DNA of 64,000 bases, from positions 992,001-1,056,000 of the forward strand of contig OZ316775.1 in the NCBI GenBank assembly GCA_973851085.1. The letters run 5' to 3'. The position numbers and the translations under genes are program-made. This DNA comes from Ptychomitrium polyphyllum. Lineage: Eukaryota. The number at the start of each line of letters is the position of its first letter. Position 1 is the first letter of the stretch. Shown here piece by piece: positions 1-14,041 of the stretch. A model generated the notes under the pieces. It made no database searches, was not told the origin of the DNA, and saw only the letters and a list, made by a program, of their open reading frames with translations.

Positions 1-112
1 TGCTGGACCTCCCAATCCTCTCCCCCCGCATCCCCACCCCCGTCCCCTTCACCATGCCCGCTTCCCCAAATGCGCGAGCCACGACGCCGGACCTCATCGT
101 CGCCGCCCCCAT
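1..112 (-). CDS. Possible 5' end of a gene running off the window (transit-peptide-like N-terminus MGAATMRSGVVARAFGEAGMVKGTGVGMRGERIGRSS...)
   Basis: ATG at 112 opens a stop-free frame to position 1, preceded by GC-rich UTR-like sequence; no family motif visible. Confidence 0.3.
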   Translation of the reverse strand, partial: MGAATMRSGVVARAFGEAGMVKGTGVGMRGERIGRSS

Positions 113-170
113 CCCCCACAACACAGCCCCCTTCCAAATGAACCCAAACCCACTCCCCTCTCTCCTCCCC

Positions 171-369
171 ACCCACCTCTCAAAACCTCGCCTTTCAACT
201 CAGCCCCACCGCGACCATCATGTCAACTCAGTGCCTCGTCCGAGACATCTAAACTCAACGGATTGCAAAGAAAGCCCACGTGTATGAGCAAAAACGAAAC
301 CTACTTCCTCTCTCCTCCCAAAACCAACGCCTCTCCTCCAAACCCACCTCTCAAAACCTCGCCTGTCAA
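171..369. repeat. Short dispersed direct repeat (acccacctctcaaaacctcgcct at 171-193 and 342-364)
   Basis: 23-bp exact match read directly, with similar flanks. Confidence 0.7.
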
Positions 370-2705
370 TCCGCCCTCGCGGCTATTCCCACTCCAACTC
401 GCGCCTGCCCGTACTCCAAACTCACTCGTTCTGCCGAATCTCTCTTCCGAAGGCTGGACACGAAAGCTGAAAACTCCAATGAAAGCTCAAAGCTGAGCCG
501 GTCACGGTGAACCTGATGGAGGGAGCACTCGGGGTGCGTGGAATGGATCCGAGGGGGAAGCGCGTCGACGCTGCGCCTGGAAGACTAGAGCACTGCAACA
601 GCCCACGCTCGCACTATCACACAGAGCCTCCAGGCGGGGCTGCCGGGGCCGTCCGATGCGGGGCGCGGGCGCTAGGGACCGTTGGATAGGGTGCTTCTGG
701 GGCAGGAGTGTGGGCGGCACGTGGCCTGGACATATCGCCAACATGGGAGTCTTTGAGTTTTCGCGTTGTTGGTCGTCGTCGTCGTCGTCGACCTTTTCCG
801 ACACGTGGTACTTTCTCCGGCCTATCGTAGGCCTATGGTAAATGGAGAGCAGGAAAGGATACCCCACGTGGGCGCCATCAATGTCCTTGTTGGCGGTCCC
901 TTACAAGTTGTAATGCCTTGGGCAACCTGTGACCGCTGCCCTGCTTTGCCATGGGATTTCTTTTAATTTTGATTGTTTTGAATTGGTGATTGAAAGCAGC
1001 TGAATCCAAAACTTCTAAGGAATCGTTTACATTAATCCTTGAAAGGTTGGACCATTACAGTTGGAAGAACTAGGTCATCACAATTGGGGAACTCTTGGAT
1101 TCTATATGACACTTTTGGATTTGGAATATTAATGAAGACAAATAATCTTTAGAGGTAAAATTTAAGATTTTGCTACTATATTTCCTAAAAATGAGCATTC
1201 AAGTTTGTTTGTAGATGATATTTGTGCTGCACTTTTTTAAGGCATAAAATAAACTATGGTTGGATTACTTCCAAATATAGTATAAAATATTGAGTTGTAG
1301 ATCCATTGTTTGCCAATTTGTGATAGAACGTGTATTGTATAAGCACATGAATCAAATATTTTTTAGCTTTGATATTCTTCATTGTAATAAGAGAGATAAG
1401 AATGTTCATTTTTCTATTCATGGTTATGAGCCTAGTACAAAGCCTAAAAATATTAGTCAAATTTCCAAGTTAGAAATGATGTTCTTTTTTGGAAAATAAT
1501 CTTCTAAAGAAATTAATGAATTCTTATTAATGGTTTTCTTGAGATTTTCCTATTTTGAGGGGTGTGTTTGTTTTTGGATATGTTTGACCACTCACCTTCT
1601 GCTTGCACAGTCTTGTAGTGGTGTGGCGGTTTACGTTTGTGGATTTGATGTTTGAACAGATGAGAGAAGATCACCAATTGAATTCAGAATTTCTCCGAGT
1701 TGACTCCTGTGCACCATAACATGACTTCCATGTTTACATGATTGGCCTATAGTTGTAACTTGAATCATATCATAAGATTTAAAGCTTGTTGTTTTAACAA
1801 CTTGTAACTTACTTCAGCACAGAGATTTTGACTAAGACTGTAGCTTCCCAGGGCAGGCTGTCATGTCTCAGCAGGTCTCATCAGATTGTCCTCAAGGTAG
1901 GCTGTGCCATTGTCAGAAATTCTTGTCTGTGTCATTTTGACATGAGGCATGATATCAAATGAATGTGTGCCATGCTGCACAATAGTTCCATGTAATTTTA
2001 TTAATGTATTAAGATATCTATTAATATTAATGTTATTTTGACATTACAGTTATTGTCCCCAAGTAGACTAGTGAAAATTTGCAAATTTGCATGCACCCAT
2101 ACTTCTCCCAAGCTCAAGTCCCAAGATAATTTAGCTTCCATATGTGTACTTGAAATAGAAAACATGTGAAAAATAATAATAAAAGCTGGGAACAAAAGTG
2201 ATAAGTTTGTTGACAAGTGTAGAAGAGGAGATGAAAGAAGAGAATAAATAAAAGAAAGATAGCAAAATTGGGTTGTCGGCAAGGGGAAGAGGGGTCCGTA
2301 AAACCAACTTTTAACAAGAGGGTGAGAAGTTTTTGAATAAATTAGTTTGATTGGATCCAAAAACTGAACATGAAAACATGAAAGGTGGAATATCAAAGTA
2401 GGTTGAATGGATGTATGCAAACAACCCTTCATAGGATTTTTGGAGGATTTCTAAGGAAAAAGTTCATTTTCATCTTTTTCAAATGTTTTTTCAATTTGAA
2501 TAGCATGTAGTTACGATCAATCTCAATTAGAGTACTAAATATTTCTTTAGATAAACTTCAAGAAATCACTATATATAAGGTTAATCAATTCAAACGATTT
2601 TGTTGTGTAAGAAGATATTATATAGAAACGAGTACTAGTGAGCTTGGCAAGCAACAAATGAAACACCTGAATTCATTTATGTGAGTGCATTAATGTGAGT
2701 GGAAG

Positions 2706-2755
2706 GTTTCAAATAGACCGTTCCTTGAATGTTTCAAATAGACCGTTCCTTGAAT
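2706..2755. repeat. 25-bp tandem duplication (gtttcaaatagaccgttccttgaat x2)
   Basis: Two exact adjacent copies. Confidence 0.9.
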
Positions 2756-4137
2756 GTAAATCTGAATTCTTAGCACTGTTTAAAGTGTATATCTGAATTC
2801 TTAGTACTAGCTATGCATTCATCTATGTACAAGTGCAGTTTTTGCAATGTTTGGAGTCTTTTCAATGTGTAATGATAAGAGCCTTGGTAGTTCTGTGGCA
2901 TTCTTCAGTTTGGCTTTGACATTTGAGTTCACAGGATCCACCAAGGGGATGCTTCTCTGGTAGGACATGGTAATTACTGGACAATATTTCAATGCACTCC
3001 CACATATTTTTCATACTTCTAGATTTACTGGTTCAATTTTATCACATTGTAGATTTTTTTATCATAGTCTTGCGAACCATGGTTTTCAACATGAATTGTT
3101 AATCCTGATGATGCGTTTTGAAGAGCCAGTTCATTTGCATCTCAAAACTTGAACCCTGACATTTGGGAAATTGTGAAACAACTTCCTACATAGATATTAA
3201 AAAAATTACTAATATTTCTGAGATGCAAAATCAACAGCAGTAACTTGGGGACAAGTTGGTACATAAAAAGCGGAAGAAAGAATACATATACAATGCAGGA
3301 TGATGGAGAAGAATGCAAGAACATCTATTATTGGATGTCCTGTTGAACAAGACTTGTTGGCCAAAACTCAACAACGTTTAAGTACAGTTTAGTTGATAGT
3401 TTGCAAAAATGTAGATTTTGTAGGGTGCATAATCTGCGAGGAATTATCATGAGTGAGTTCAAGGCAAGTTTCATAATCTACATAATGTACAAGTACCAAA
3501 AGTGCCTCAAGGATTATCGTCTGTATGTTCTCACGCACATCATGAGTAGAACTGCTTGCTTCATTTCTTTTGTTCAATGCAAATTCAAAGGTGAAACTTG
3601 AGTAAAACATGTCTGAGACATCTTGAGTGGCAATTGTGTCCCCGTAAGAGAAATTAGCACAGTAAATGCAGCCAACGTTTGTGATCGATCATGAACATCA
3701 TTCAAAACTTTTTTAAGTTGCCATTACTGGTTAAATCAGACCGCTTCCTCATTTGGGCTTCGAATCTGTCTGAAATGAATCAGCATCTGATTTATCAGAC
3801 AATGAAAAAAAATTGTATATCAACTGGTCAAGAAGACAATCACTGCAATTTCAGAGAAAACACATTCATCTCTTATCAGCAACTCTTGCAACGAGCTTTT
3901 CACGAACTGTTTTACCTGCCGTGCAAATGTTCCTTCAGACTGCACGATTGCCGAAGATTGACCGAACTTTCCTCCTACCAATCAACAACTCTGTCAATAC
4001 CACGTGCCGTACAAGTCTCTCTCCTAATAATTCAAGTTGAGAAATTGTGGTAAATTACTACAAATCAATGAAAAGAATTTAAATTGCACACAAGAGAAGA
4101 TTCTAAACTCAAAAATAATCACAATCTCAAGTCACTT

Positions 4138-5690
4138 TTAAGTGCCTCTCCAATGGTTACAGATGCCCAGGTTAAGGAAGAACTTGAAAAGTACCTCACA
4201 TATCGGCTGCTCAGTTGTAGGCATAACGGGAGGCTTGATGGGGATAAAGCTCCCAAGAGATTTCCGAGATAGCTTTTTCACTAGGAGAAATCTCTCTGGC
4301 GGAAGAGTGTTAGACAACCATGACTCCGAAGGCATCTTAGGAGAAGGAGGGGGCCTCAAGGATGCAACTGCGTCCACCCACTTGGTCTTTTGAACTTCAG
4401 CCGAAGACGACGAAGCTGTTGCTGAGGGTCCTGGGCAGGAGTCCCCAGCTTCAAATTCATTCTGGTCGTGTACTCGAACATTTCGTGACTCCATGTAGTT
4501 CGTCTTGCTTAGCATCCGCGTCAGCCGGGCTCCCAAACGGTCCACTTGCCGTGCTCGTTCCATCTGTGCGCTGCTAAGATTGGATGTTTTTGGCACTCCC
4601 AAAAATCCTCGATGATTCGGCGTGTGGACTGTCTCCATGGAGTGCAATCTGGCTGGGGGTGCCAACATCTCCGCAACCAATCCTTTCCTTATCCCTGAAG
4701 AGGTCATGCTCTTCCGTCCACTCATTGATCCAATTGAAGCGTTAGAATGGCACATTGCATCTTCAAAAATTTCCTGTGCAGTTAAAGACGCAGATAATGA
4801 GTTGGTATGTTGTATTCATAATAGCATAGATCGGTAGAGACTTTATTGGTACAGTTTGTCTAGCTCTTCTCACCTCGTCTGACCAGAATAAATCGTCAGA
4901 GTTGTCACTGACTTCGTCTTGAATCGGTTTCTTAGAGACTTGCGCCTTTGCTCTCTGAGGTGCTAGCTTGCTGCGGCTACTTGATCTTGAAGTCCAAAAG
5001 CTGTATCTAAACTGTAGAAGAGTCAACCTCCCCAAATGAAGAGGGAACCCACAAGCACCGAGCCTCTCCACATCTTCGTCATCACTGATACCAGAAACAT
5101 CTTGTTTAACTTCATGAAAGTACCGGCTTTTGCTTCTGCTCGAGCCTGACTCGAAAGATCCTGGTCGTGAAGTCCTGAAAGAACTTGAATATTTGGGCAG
5201 AGACGTAGGCCTGGATTACATAAGAAATCGTCATGAGCACAAACCTGAGTTTGAAGAAGACGAGGATTTCTAAACATGGCAAAAAACAGGACAAGTCACA
5301 TTACCCATGTTCTGAAGGCAAAGACGATGTTGGTGCAGACGGATTCCTGTCAGTTGCGGTCATTGCTTGTGCTGCGGGTAAGAACCTCTTCAAGATAAAG
5401 TCCCGAGAGGCAACATCTTTATGGCACTGGGCGTTGCTGTTAGGGGCCGACAATACTGTATCTTGATCATCATCTCCTGCATTACTGGGACGCGATGCAA
5501 ATGTATCCCCAGCATCAGAGTATTCAGAGGTCATTTGCTCAGACATGATCTCCGGACTTCGATTTCTGTTCGATTGGTAGCAACCACAATTTCGTGTGAC
5601 ATGAAAGTCTGGAACTAGAACAGTGGGGCTGTCACGGCTATGAGACGGATTCACACATCGAGCAATGTAGCTTGTGCTGGGTAAGTTCAT
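4138..5690 (-). CDS. DUF688-family protein; exons ~5690-5305, 5210-4874, 4773-4138 (termini uncertain)
   Basis: Motifs RDFILKRFLPAAQAM, GACGFP and PPPSPKMPSESWLSNTLP resemble plant DUF688 blocks; GT-AG introns join the three ORFs in phase. Confidence 0.75.
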
Positions 5691-8017
5691 CTTGTCTGAG
5701 AAAACCACATATTTATTAACCGCTAACTTTGTTAGGAGATTGAAACACTTCAGAATTTGGGGATAATCATTTTGGAAGAAAACCCCACAACAATGTCAAG
5801 GTGAGCAATCAGTGTATGTTAATCCAAAGCAGCGATCCCTTACCGCCAATGTCGGTCTCCTTAAAGTTTACGAGTACGGTCAGCAGAAAATGGGGGTTTA
5901 CCGTTTACCAAGCAGAACCCGCGACCAGCCACTCTCCACGCACTGCTCACACATTCAAGATTGTCAAATCCCAACTCTCACACCGCAAGAAACCTCCGCA
6001 TCTGCAAGATCGAACGAACCAGATTAGAAACAGGCTGCAATATAGGTCTCACAAAAACCTTCAAGAAACAGAACATCTAGCAAAGTTTTGATTCTCGCGA
6101 GCGCTTCAGTGAGCAATTTAGTCAGTCTGCGTGTTCGCATTACCTTCGGCACCACCACAAGGTGAGGAAGAAGGCAGCCAAGATGGGAATAAGGAGTTTC
6201 GGACAAAGTAGAGCACGGAAACTTGGAGAAAGGATACAACGTGAGGCTAGAGTACTAGAACGAAGACACATAGCTAGCTGGCCATGATTGCAAAATGGAA
6301 ACCAGTAGTATCCCCGCGTGAGAGGAGAGAAAACGACAAGTGGAAGGGAAGGAGCACTCATGCGAGAGCGAGAGCGGAAGCGGGACCAGTCCTGGCGATG
6401 GCGCTCCACACCAACTGTACCCACATTGGTATTCGAGGGTATACATGGATCTACAGGCAGCGAATCGTCGCTCATTGCAAGCTATGGATACGGACCTAAA
6501 CGACTCAATAGCAATTGATTTGTACAGCAATGTTGGAAGTAACGATACCCGGCAAGTTAGAGAAATGGAACAAAGAAGGGGCGGCCATGGTGAGGTGACC
6601 TACATTGAGAAGCTTGCGCAGGGGACCGATCATTTTACAATGAATACTACCTATGTCAACAAATGAAGAATTCTGTGGATATGAGCACAAAGAAACCGGC
6701 ATCACAACCAGCTTGACCTCAGTTTTGTCCAAAGTAAGCAGAGGGAGAAGATCACAGATCATGCATCACAGATTTTGTGTGACGATGAATTCGCAGCAAC
6801 AGCGAAGCGTAATCGCAACTCACTTGGTATGTACTAAACCTGTAAGTTGCCCGTTGACGTCGCCCAACCTCTTCACCAAGAGGCCTCTTCATTCACGGAT
6901 GATCAAACTTGTTACCTGCGTCTAGAACTCCCACCTGGTGATCGCTGGATGAGGACGTGATTATGGTATAGCATGAGGGAGTGGTGCAGATATCCGATTT
7001 CATAAGATCGACCAGCAAGTTGACTACTGATAACTCAATATGAAATAGTTGTAGCAGGAATGGTACTAAGAAGCGAAGCTGAATTACGGGGAGAGATATG
7101 AACCTCGAAAGAGCGTTTTCTTGGAGAAAGGCAATGTCAGAGCTCGTCTAGAATATCGCGCCGCCATGGCTGCCCACTTTGAGTCTACACTGGTAAGTCA
7201 CTGGTCGGAAGTATGCTAGAACTGAGGACTGGACAGTGGCATAATTTGAGTCGATCAGATTGAAACAAACACAAATTCATTTATTTAATTCTGATGGTGT
7301 ATGTCGAACGAAATGATGATGGATTTGAGCTTTTGGTGGTCACGGTGGCCTCTGACGCACTCATGAAAATTCGCATAATTGTCCTTGTAATCAATTCATT
7401 TGTCAACAGTATTTCTGATACAACCAGGTCAGTGCCGCACCGGGCTTGCTTCTGGTGTTTCAATATTATTTCAGTTTTGTACAGAAACAGATATCATTTG
7501 ATCATTGCCTTGTATTGTCTCGTATTCCGGAAAGAAGACACATGGATCTACAACTTCGCAGGTATGATGTATATAACATGTTCAACTAATTGAAGGCATG
7601 CCCTTACAAACTTAGATCATTTTTAACATAGACACTTGAGTTCCAAAAAAAGATTTTTTTTGCACTTGTGTAAATCTACTCATCAAATCATTCACATTTA
7701 TCATATTCATCAAATTAGATCCACTTAAATTTCAAATTTTTATGTCACTTGTCATGCTTACAATATAAACTTGCTAATTTTTTCATCCAATTTCTAAAAT
7801 TATAATATTTTGTGCTTAATTTAAGAGTATGTCCAATGTGCTTTCATTTAGGTAATTTCAAGTATCAAATTTTTTTTACATCTGGATGCATATATAAAAT
7901 GTTCTTAGGTGCCTTTCTTGCTAAAAAAAATTTGCAAATGTTATAAAAGTTCATCTAACATTGTCATTTAAAGAAGGGCTTGCTTGTACCTTTTGAATTT
8001 GAACTTGTAGTTGCAAT

Positions 8018-9123
8018 CAATGGAAAAAAGACATATTCCTAATAAAGAAAGGATATGCATGCATGTACACAATTGCGGTAGCCTTGTGGTTTATTTTCTT
8101 CCACTTGCTTGATAATTCCTGTGCCTGATAAACCTTGTAATGCTTGAGACAATATTGGTATTATAACCTTGTTCTATGTGATACTACCATAGATGCTTAT
8201 GCTATTTGTGCCCATGCCCATGATATAATGTTGTTTTAATTTATCATTCTATATATATGTGGTTGTATTATGCCATTGAGATTTTTGAAGGTAGTTTGTA
8301 TAAATAACACAAGTGCAAGAATTGACTTGCTTTCATGGAAGACATTTGAAATGCAAAAATGACATGTCTTATAAGAAAACCGCCATAAGCGCCATAGTTG
8401 ATGTACCAAGGTTTACAAATTATTAGGACTTAGAATTGGATGTTTGTAGTAACTTTAACATCTTGCACCAAAAAAATTTAGGCCGTAAGTTGCAATTATT
8501 GTAGGTTTTACATTTACAAAAATGGCTATGGATTAGACAATTTTATAGACTAGACTCATATGTTGCTAGCAACCAAGTTTGAAGGAGATTTACAAGATCT
8601 CAATATTCTCTCATTTAATTCTTTACAATGCTATTAATTGGTTGACTTCTAGATGCTATACTTGGTTATAGCAATGAGCAACTATACAAGGATTACATAG
8701 TGTTTTTTCACCACTACTATACAAAACTAGAAATAAAACATATTACAATTCAAAGCTCAAAGAGCTGATGAAGTCAAAGATTCACCTTGGAATTAAAATG
8801 TACAAACCTTAAAAATAACTAAAAATCTCAGTGGTATGACACAACCACATAGACATAGAATGCTCATGCAAAACAATGTCACATCATGGACATGGGTATG
8901 GGCATGGTATAGCACAAGCACCTATGATAGCATGACATAACCAAGGTTGTAACACCAACATTGTCTTAAGCATTACAAGGTTTATCACGCATATGAGTTA
9001 TCAAGCAAGTGCAGGAAAGTATACCACAAGGCTGCTGCAGATGTGTACATGCAGATGTGTACATGCAGCTGTGTACATGCATGGATGGCCTTTCCTTACA
9101 GGGAACATGACTTTTTTCCATTG
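8018..9123. repeat. Long imperfect inverted repeat: arms ~8018-8286 and ~8821-9123, spacer ~530 bp
   Basis: Left arm (caatggaaaaaagac...tgataaaccttgtaatgcttgagacaat...gagattttt) aligns colinearly with the reverse complement of the right arm; the right arm has an extra 14-bp triplication near 9037-9080. Confidence 0.9.
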
Positions 9124-11463
9124 GATAGAAGGGATATACAGTGAAGTATGATAATCTAGGGACTCATGTACGTATCTAGATATGAGAAACGTGACAGAGC
9201 AGTACAGTGGTAGACAACCACAGAAACTGTTTCTATGGAGATGAAACGTGGTGCATCCAACGTTCTTTTGAAATTCAGGTTGCTGGAGACACCACTGGCT
9301 TGACAATACAATACAAGCGCTGATCTTGATTATTGATCTTATGAGGTACTTTTGCTCTGATTCACACACAATCCTGGCAAGTTTAATTCCTCATAAATTA
9401 GTTAATTGTGAAGATATTTATGTCTTCTCATCTCCTGCATAGCATTCGTCAAGATTCGTAAGAACGTCGAAGCTGCAATATATCAGTTGAAACGTTGAGC
9501 TTAAGCCTGCAACCACTGTTGTGCATGTACTCAGCGATATGATCCATCACGGATATTACAGTGTACTGTCACTTAAATTATACGCTGATCCATTTGCAAG
9601 TATCATAAGCCCGAGTAAACCTGAGGTGCTAGAGGCAGAGGCCCCTGCACTGCAAGAATAGGACACACACTAAGAGACAGGTAAGCTTAGAGAATCTTTA
9701 GTACACTGCTCGCTCTGCAGCACCACGATGTCCGTTGAAACTTCAAAACCAGCAACACCATCGTGTTCCCATGGGCAGCGACGTAGCGTTTGGCAGTGCC
9801 CTCTGCAGTGGCATGTCAGGCCAACCTCTTACACGCTTACACGAGGAGTACATAGAGGAGTGGCCTATAATGCCAGAGAACCCCAATCATGTGACTCCTG
9901 TCAAATAAGTCATACCAACTTCTTAGCATAGACTTTGATCTCTGTGAGTTTGCATTTGTACTCGTTCTCTTCATACACTCATTCAAGATCAATTCTCACT
10001 CCTTCCACAGCAGGTGATAACTTCATTGTCTACCGTTGCAGAGGCTGTGTAACCTCACAGATTGGTGGGGCAAATTCATGGCTGTTCGTGCCGTTCTAAT
10101 ACAATATTCGTTCACCACATGCTCCTATCCCTGAATGTAGAATATTGGGCAGCCTGACAATAACTTACATTATCATAGAGTGCCTGCTTTTGAAACTTGA
10201 TCATACATACTGATTAGGTGTAAGAGAGTACATCCTTCATCAAGTTGACAGTAATGTCCCAATATAATGAACTCTTCCAATGTCGACAGAGTGTGCAAAT
10301 TTGTCGACGAGTTGCGTGCAGATAAAACTTGCAGAAGAAGGCTGACAGATGGAAATGTGAGTGTCTGCGAGAGGCTCTTCTCCCAAAATAGGTAATCTAG
10401 CCAGCTCCATGATACCGAGATACGAAATACATCCTGCATCTACATACAAATTCTATGATACCTTGATACACATTTGGCATCGTGTTGACATGGGAGTAGT
10501 GAAATCTATACTTGTATACGTCACGTATACTAATTACACTCATCGGCAACTAAGCAGTACAGACTGCAGCATTTCACCATACGCATAAATCACGCTGTAG
10601 ATTTGAATTATTAAACCTTCGAGGGGTCATTGGAGGTACAGACGTACAGACTGAATGAGTCTCTAGCTCCAGCTTATGAAGGCATTACTCACCAGTCTAC
10701 GACAATGCAATCTGGCCAAGATTTTTCTCTCCGTAACGCTCAAGACCTCCAGCACGCTTCAACAGACCCCGTTCACACACCTACCATTAATGCCCCTCCT
10801 CTCACGTGACGGGTCACGCCCCATCACTCCCCTTCTATTTCACTGCTCTTCAACGTGCTCACCTTGCATTGACACTCGCACCCACGCAGTGAAAGCGCCA
10901 TCATCACCATGATATACCATTGAATCCCCTCACCGAACATTCCGCCACCGCCGGATGAACATCACCTGATCTAGTATTGACCCTCCTCCAGCCTCTCCAT
11001 GAACTCCAGCCCCGCGAAAATTGGTTTCAAGTTCATCAGTCATGACGTCTTAATGTGAATGTCATTTGTTAGCTATCTAGTACCATATTGACGAACCAAT
11101 CTGATCAGTACGGTGCTTTGAATGTGCCTGCGGATGATGCTAATTGATGCTGCATAGAGAAGTAATTGCATCTGAGCCCGGGTGATCACAATTAGGCCAG
11201 GAGTAATGGATTGGGTGACTGCATGAGAGGGGATACAACTGGAAGGAGTCAGGTCAAAGCAAGCAGGAGCTGGGTGTGTATATCTGGGGATGCAAGCGGG
11301 AAAGGGTGTGTGCATTTTGTGGGATGTTGAGCCAGAATTCGATTTGAGTGAGTTGATCTTGGATCTACTCTGGGATAATTGGGAGCTGCATTCCAAGCCT
11401 TGGTTTGCCTTGGAGAATTATCACGCCAGCTGTGGGAAGCGATTGAGGTTTCGTTGAGTTGCG

Positions 11464-14041
11464 ATGGCTGGTGCCTTGACATTGGTAGATGTTGCTATCC
11501 AAGCCTTTGTTAACGTTGACGGTGGAAGGCCAGTACTGCGGCAGAGTGAAATAGTTGTTGGTAAATTGGGTGTATATGGTTGTGATCACCAGCTACATCA
11601 TCTGAGTGTCTTTCGAACGCCATCGTTGTTCTCATCGAGTGTGCGATTGCGCCATTGTCGAGTAACCCGCGCGTTGACGCCGGCGCAGGAGTGGGTGGGC
11701 TTGCCACATTGGCGAACCAAGCCCATGAACGAGCTCCGGGTCTGGGGGAAGCTCAACCAGCCTACATCCGCCATGAACGAATGGGAGGATATTGCTTCAG
11801 TCGCTGCCAAAGAGCCAAACGCGCGTTCCATGCTACAGTGGCATTGGGAGAAGCTGCTGCGAGCAGAGCGAAAAATTTCAGGACTGAAGTTCGAGCGAGA
11901 AGGTGCGTCGCTCGCAGAATGGGGCGCAATTGTGCTGGGCACCGCGGACCCAATTGAGAAAGCTGTCTTCACTCACCACGCGTACCGTCTCTGGTGTAAT
12001 GGCAATCTCCCGCTCGGCGTTACAGATGCTCCCAACTCACCTGCGCGGCCTTCGAAGCCCGAACTCGTAAGACTTGCTGCCAATTCTCATCCCTGCATTT
12101 TCACTTGTCATTTAGGTTTCCTCCTCAGACCAGGTTGGTCAAGGATAGTCCATTCTTTCACTGTGCTTGAAATTTACTGTAATAAACCTGCTCTAATTTG
12201 TTGAATGTGGAGTCAAAGTGTTTAGAGACCATGATAGGCCGTGCATATTTGGTCTGGTCAGGTTCACCCGAAAAAGATTCCGCCTCCGTCAGACACGAAT
12301 CTCACTCCTAGCGGACATGCGCTTCACAACCTGGCCCACATCGAATTGAATGCCATTGACCTTGCGTGGGACACGGTTGTTCGATTCTCTAGAGCAAGCG
12401 GAGAGCTCGATCCTCAGTTTTTCGCAGACTTCGCGCATGTGGCCGATGATGAGAGTCGGCATTGTCTGTGGTGTCTTCAGCGCCTCGCTGAAATGGGCTA
12501 CAGGTACGTAAGCATGTGATTGTACTCTTATGTTTCTAAATTTTCCTGTTCGGTCGTTTTTGGTATCCTTTGCATCAGGCACTGGCTGCAACAGGAAAAT
12601 TCCGTGCAGCTCATTTGGTATGTGTATCTGAATTTGGAAATGCAGCTATGGTGACATGCCCGCACACAATCTGCTGTTGGTGGATTGCCAAAAGACATCT
12701 GGAAGTGTGATGGCACGACTGGCAATTATCCCCATGATACAGGTGTACACTCTTCTCAGTTTCTTGCTAGAAAACGGCGAAACCGAGTTTCTTGTTGGAG
12801 CTTGAGAGCAACTATATTGGTAGGATTATACTGCGTGCAAAATGTAAAGACTATGGTTTTCTTTTTACTCACTGATATGGACCTTCAGATTGATCTATTT
12901 TACGTGATATACATATTAAATGAAAAGCCCTATTGTTTTCCGGTGCACAGGAAGCACGTGGACTAGACGCTGGACCTAGATTGTTCGACAGGCTGGTGGG
13001 AAACGGTGATACTCGTAGCGCCAGCATGACCAAGCAAATTGCTGAAGAAGAAGTTGGCCATGTTGCAGTCGGCGTGGCTTGGTTTGTCGATGTTTGCAAA
13101 CGTCTTGGATTGGATCCAGCGGATCGTTTTCAAGGTACAGAACCAGAATTGTGCATTCTCTGTCTGGATATTTTGGTGGATTGCCAAAAGACGTCTGGAA
13201 GTGTGATGACACGACTGCAGGTTTTCTTGTCAACCTTTATTGAAATCAACTACCATGTACGGTATTATTATCAACACATTGGCCTGCACGTTGTACTGAT
13301 TTAATATTCTCCTTATCAATTTTATATTCCAGGTTTGTTAAAGGAGGGCGACATGGAGCTCAGAGGCCCTTTTAATCATTCAGCACGGTTGCTGGCTGGA
13401 CTTCCCCGTGACTGGTAAGCTGTTGTAGTTGATGTCTTATATTTTTAATGGGAACTAATGAAGTGCAGCACTGTACCCTGGGCCCACCCAAGGGTTGAGC
13501 TTTAAATTAATTTGTGGATAATTGATGCGTTGCAGGTATGATTCCTCGTACGATCCATCGTCCCCCACTGATACTGGGAATACGTATGATGAGTCTGCCT
13601 ACTCTACAGTTGTGAGAAGGAGCGAAGTGAGAGTAACTAAGCAGAAGGTACAATGCTCGCTCCTAAATGTGGTTAGAACTTACATTTTCTGGTGCTTAGT
13701 TTGAGTTTTTTCTAACTAATCTGGGCTATAATATATCAGATGGGACCTGCATGTGAACATCACAAGGATGAAAAGCCGAGAACCTCTAGTCTAACAGAGG
13801 TACATTTCTTTGCGAATTCTGAATCTAACTGACAAATTCACACTCTGTGGATTCACGAGATAGATTGTCAATTCCTTAGTTGATTGGTGTTTTCTGAGTT
13901 ATCATTTCTCGGCAATGTTAATGCATACTGTGTTTAACTGCATTATGATACTGAGTTGAAGAGATTTATTGGCGTTTGTTACAGGTCTACGATCGACTGG
14001 CGATGGTAGTGGCCATGGAAAAGGAGAATGCTGACGCATGA
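11464..14041 (+). CDS. DUF455 ferritin-like (di-iron) protein, probably plastid-targeted; exons 11464-12066, 12262-12503, 12646-12742, 12951-13134, 13333-13414, 13536-13647, 13740-13799, 13985-14041
   Basis: HNLAHIELNAIDLAWD, ADDESRH, YGDMPAH, EARGLDAGP, EEVGHV and GPFNHSAR motifs; GT-AG introns in phase; ends EKENADA-TGA. Confidence 0.9.
13173..13217 (+). repeat. 45-bp copy of DUF455 exon 3 (12677-12721) inside intron 4
   Basis: 43/45 identical by direct comparison. Confidence 0.9.

Noticed and set aside
820..2990. IPHVGAINVLVGGPLQ resembling a cytosine-methyltransferase motif IV region, plus scattered splice-like signals
   Set aside because: The catalytic PC dipeptide is absent and no other methyltransferase motifs could be assembled.
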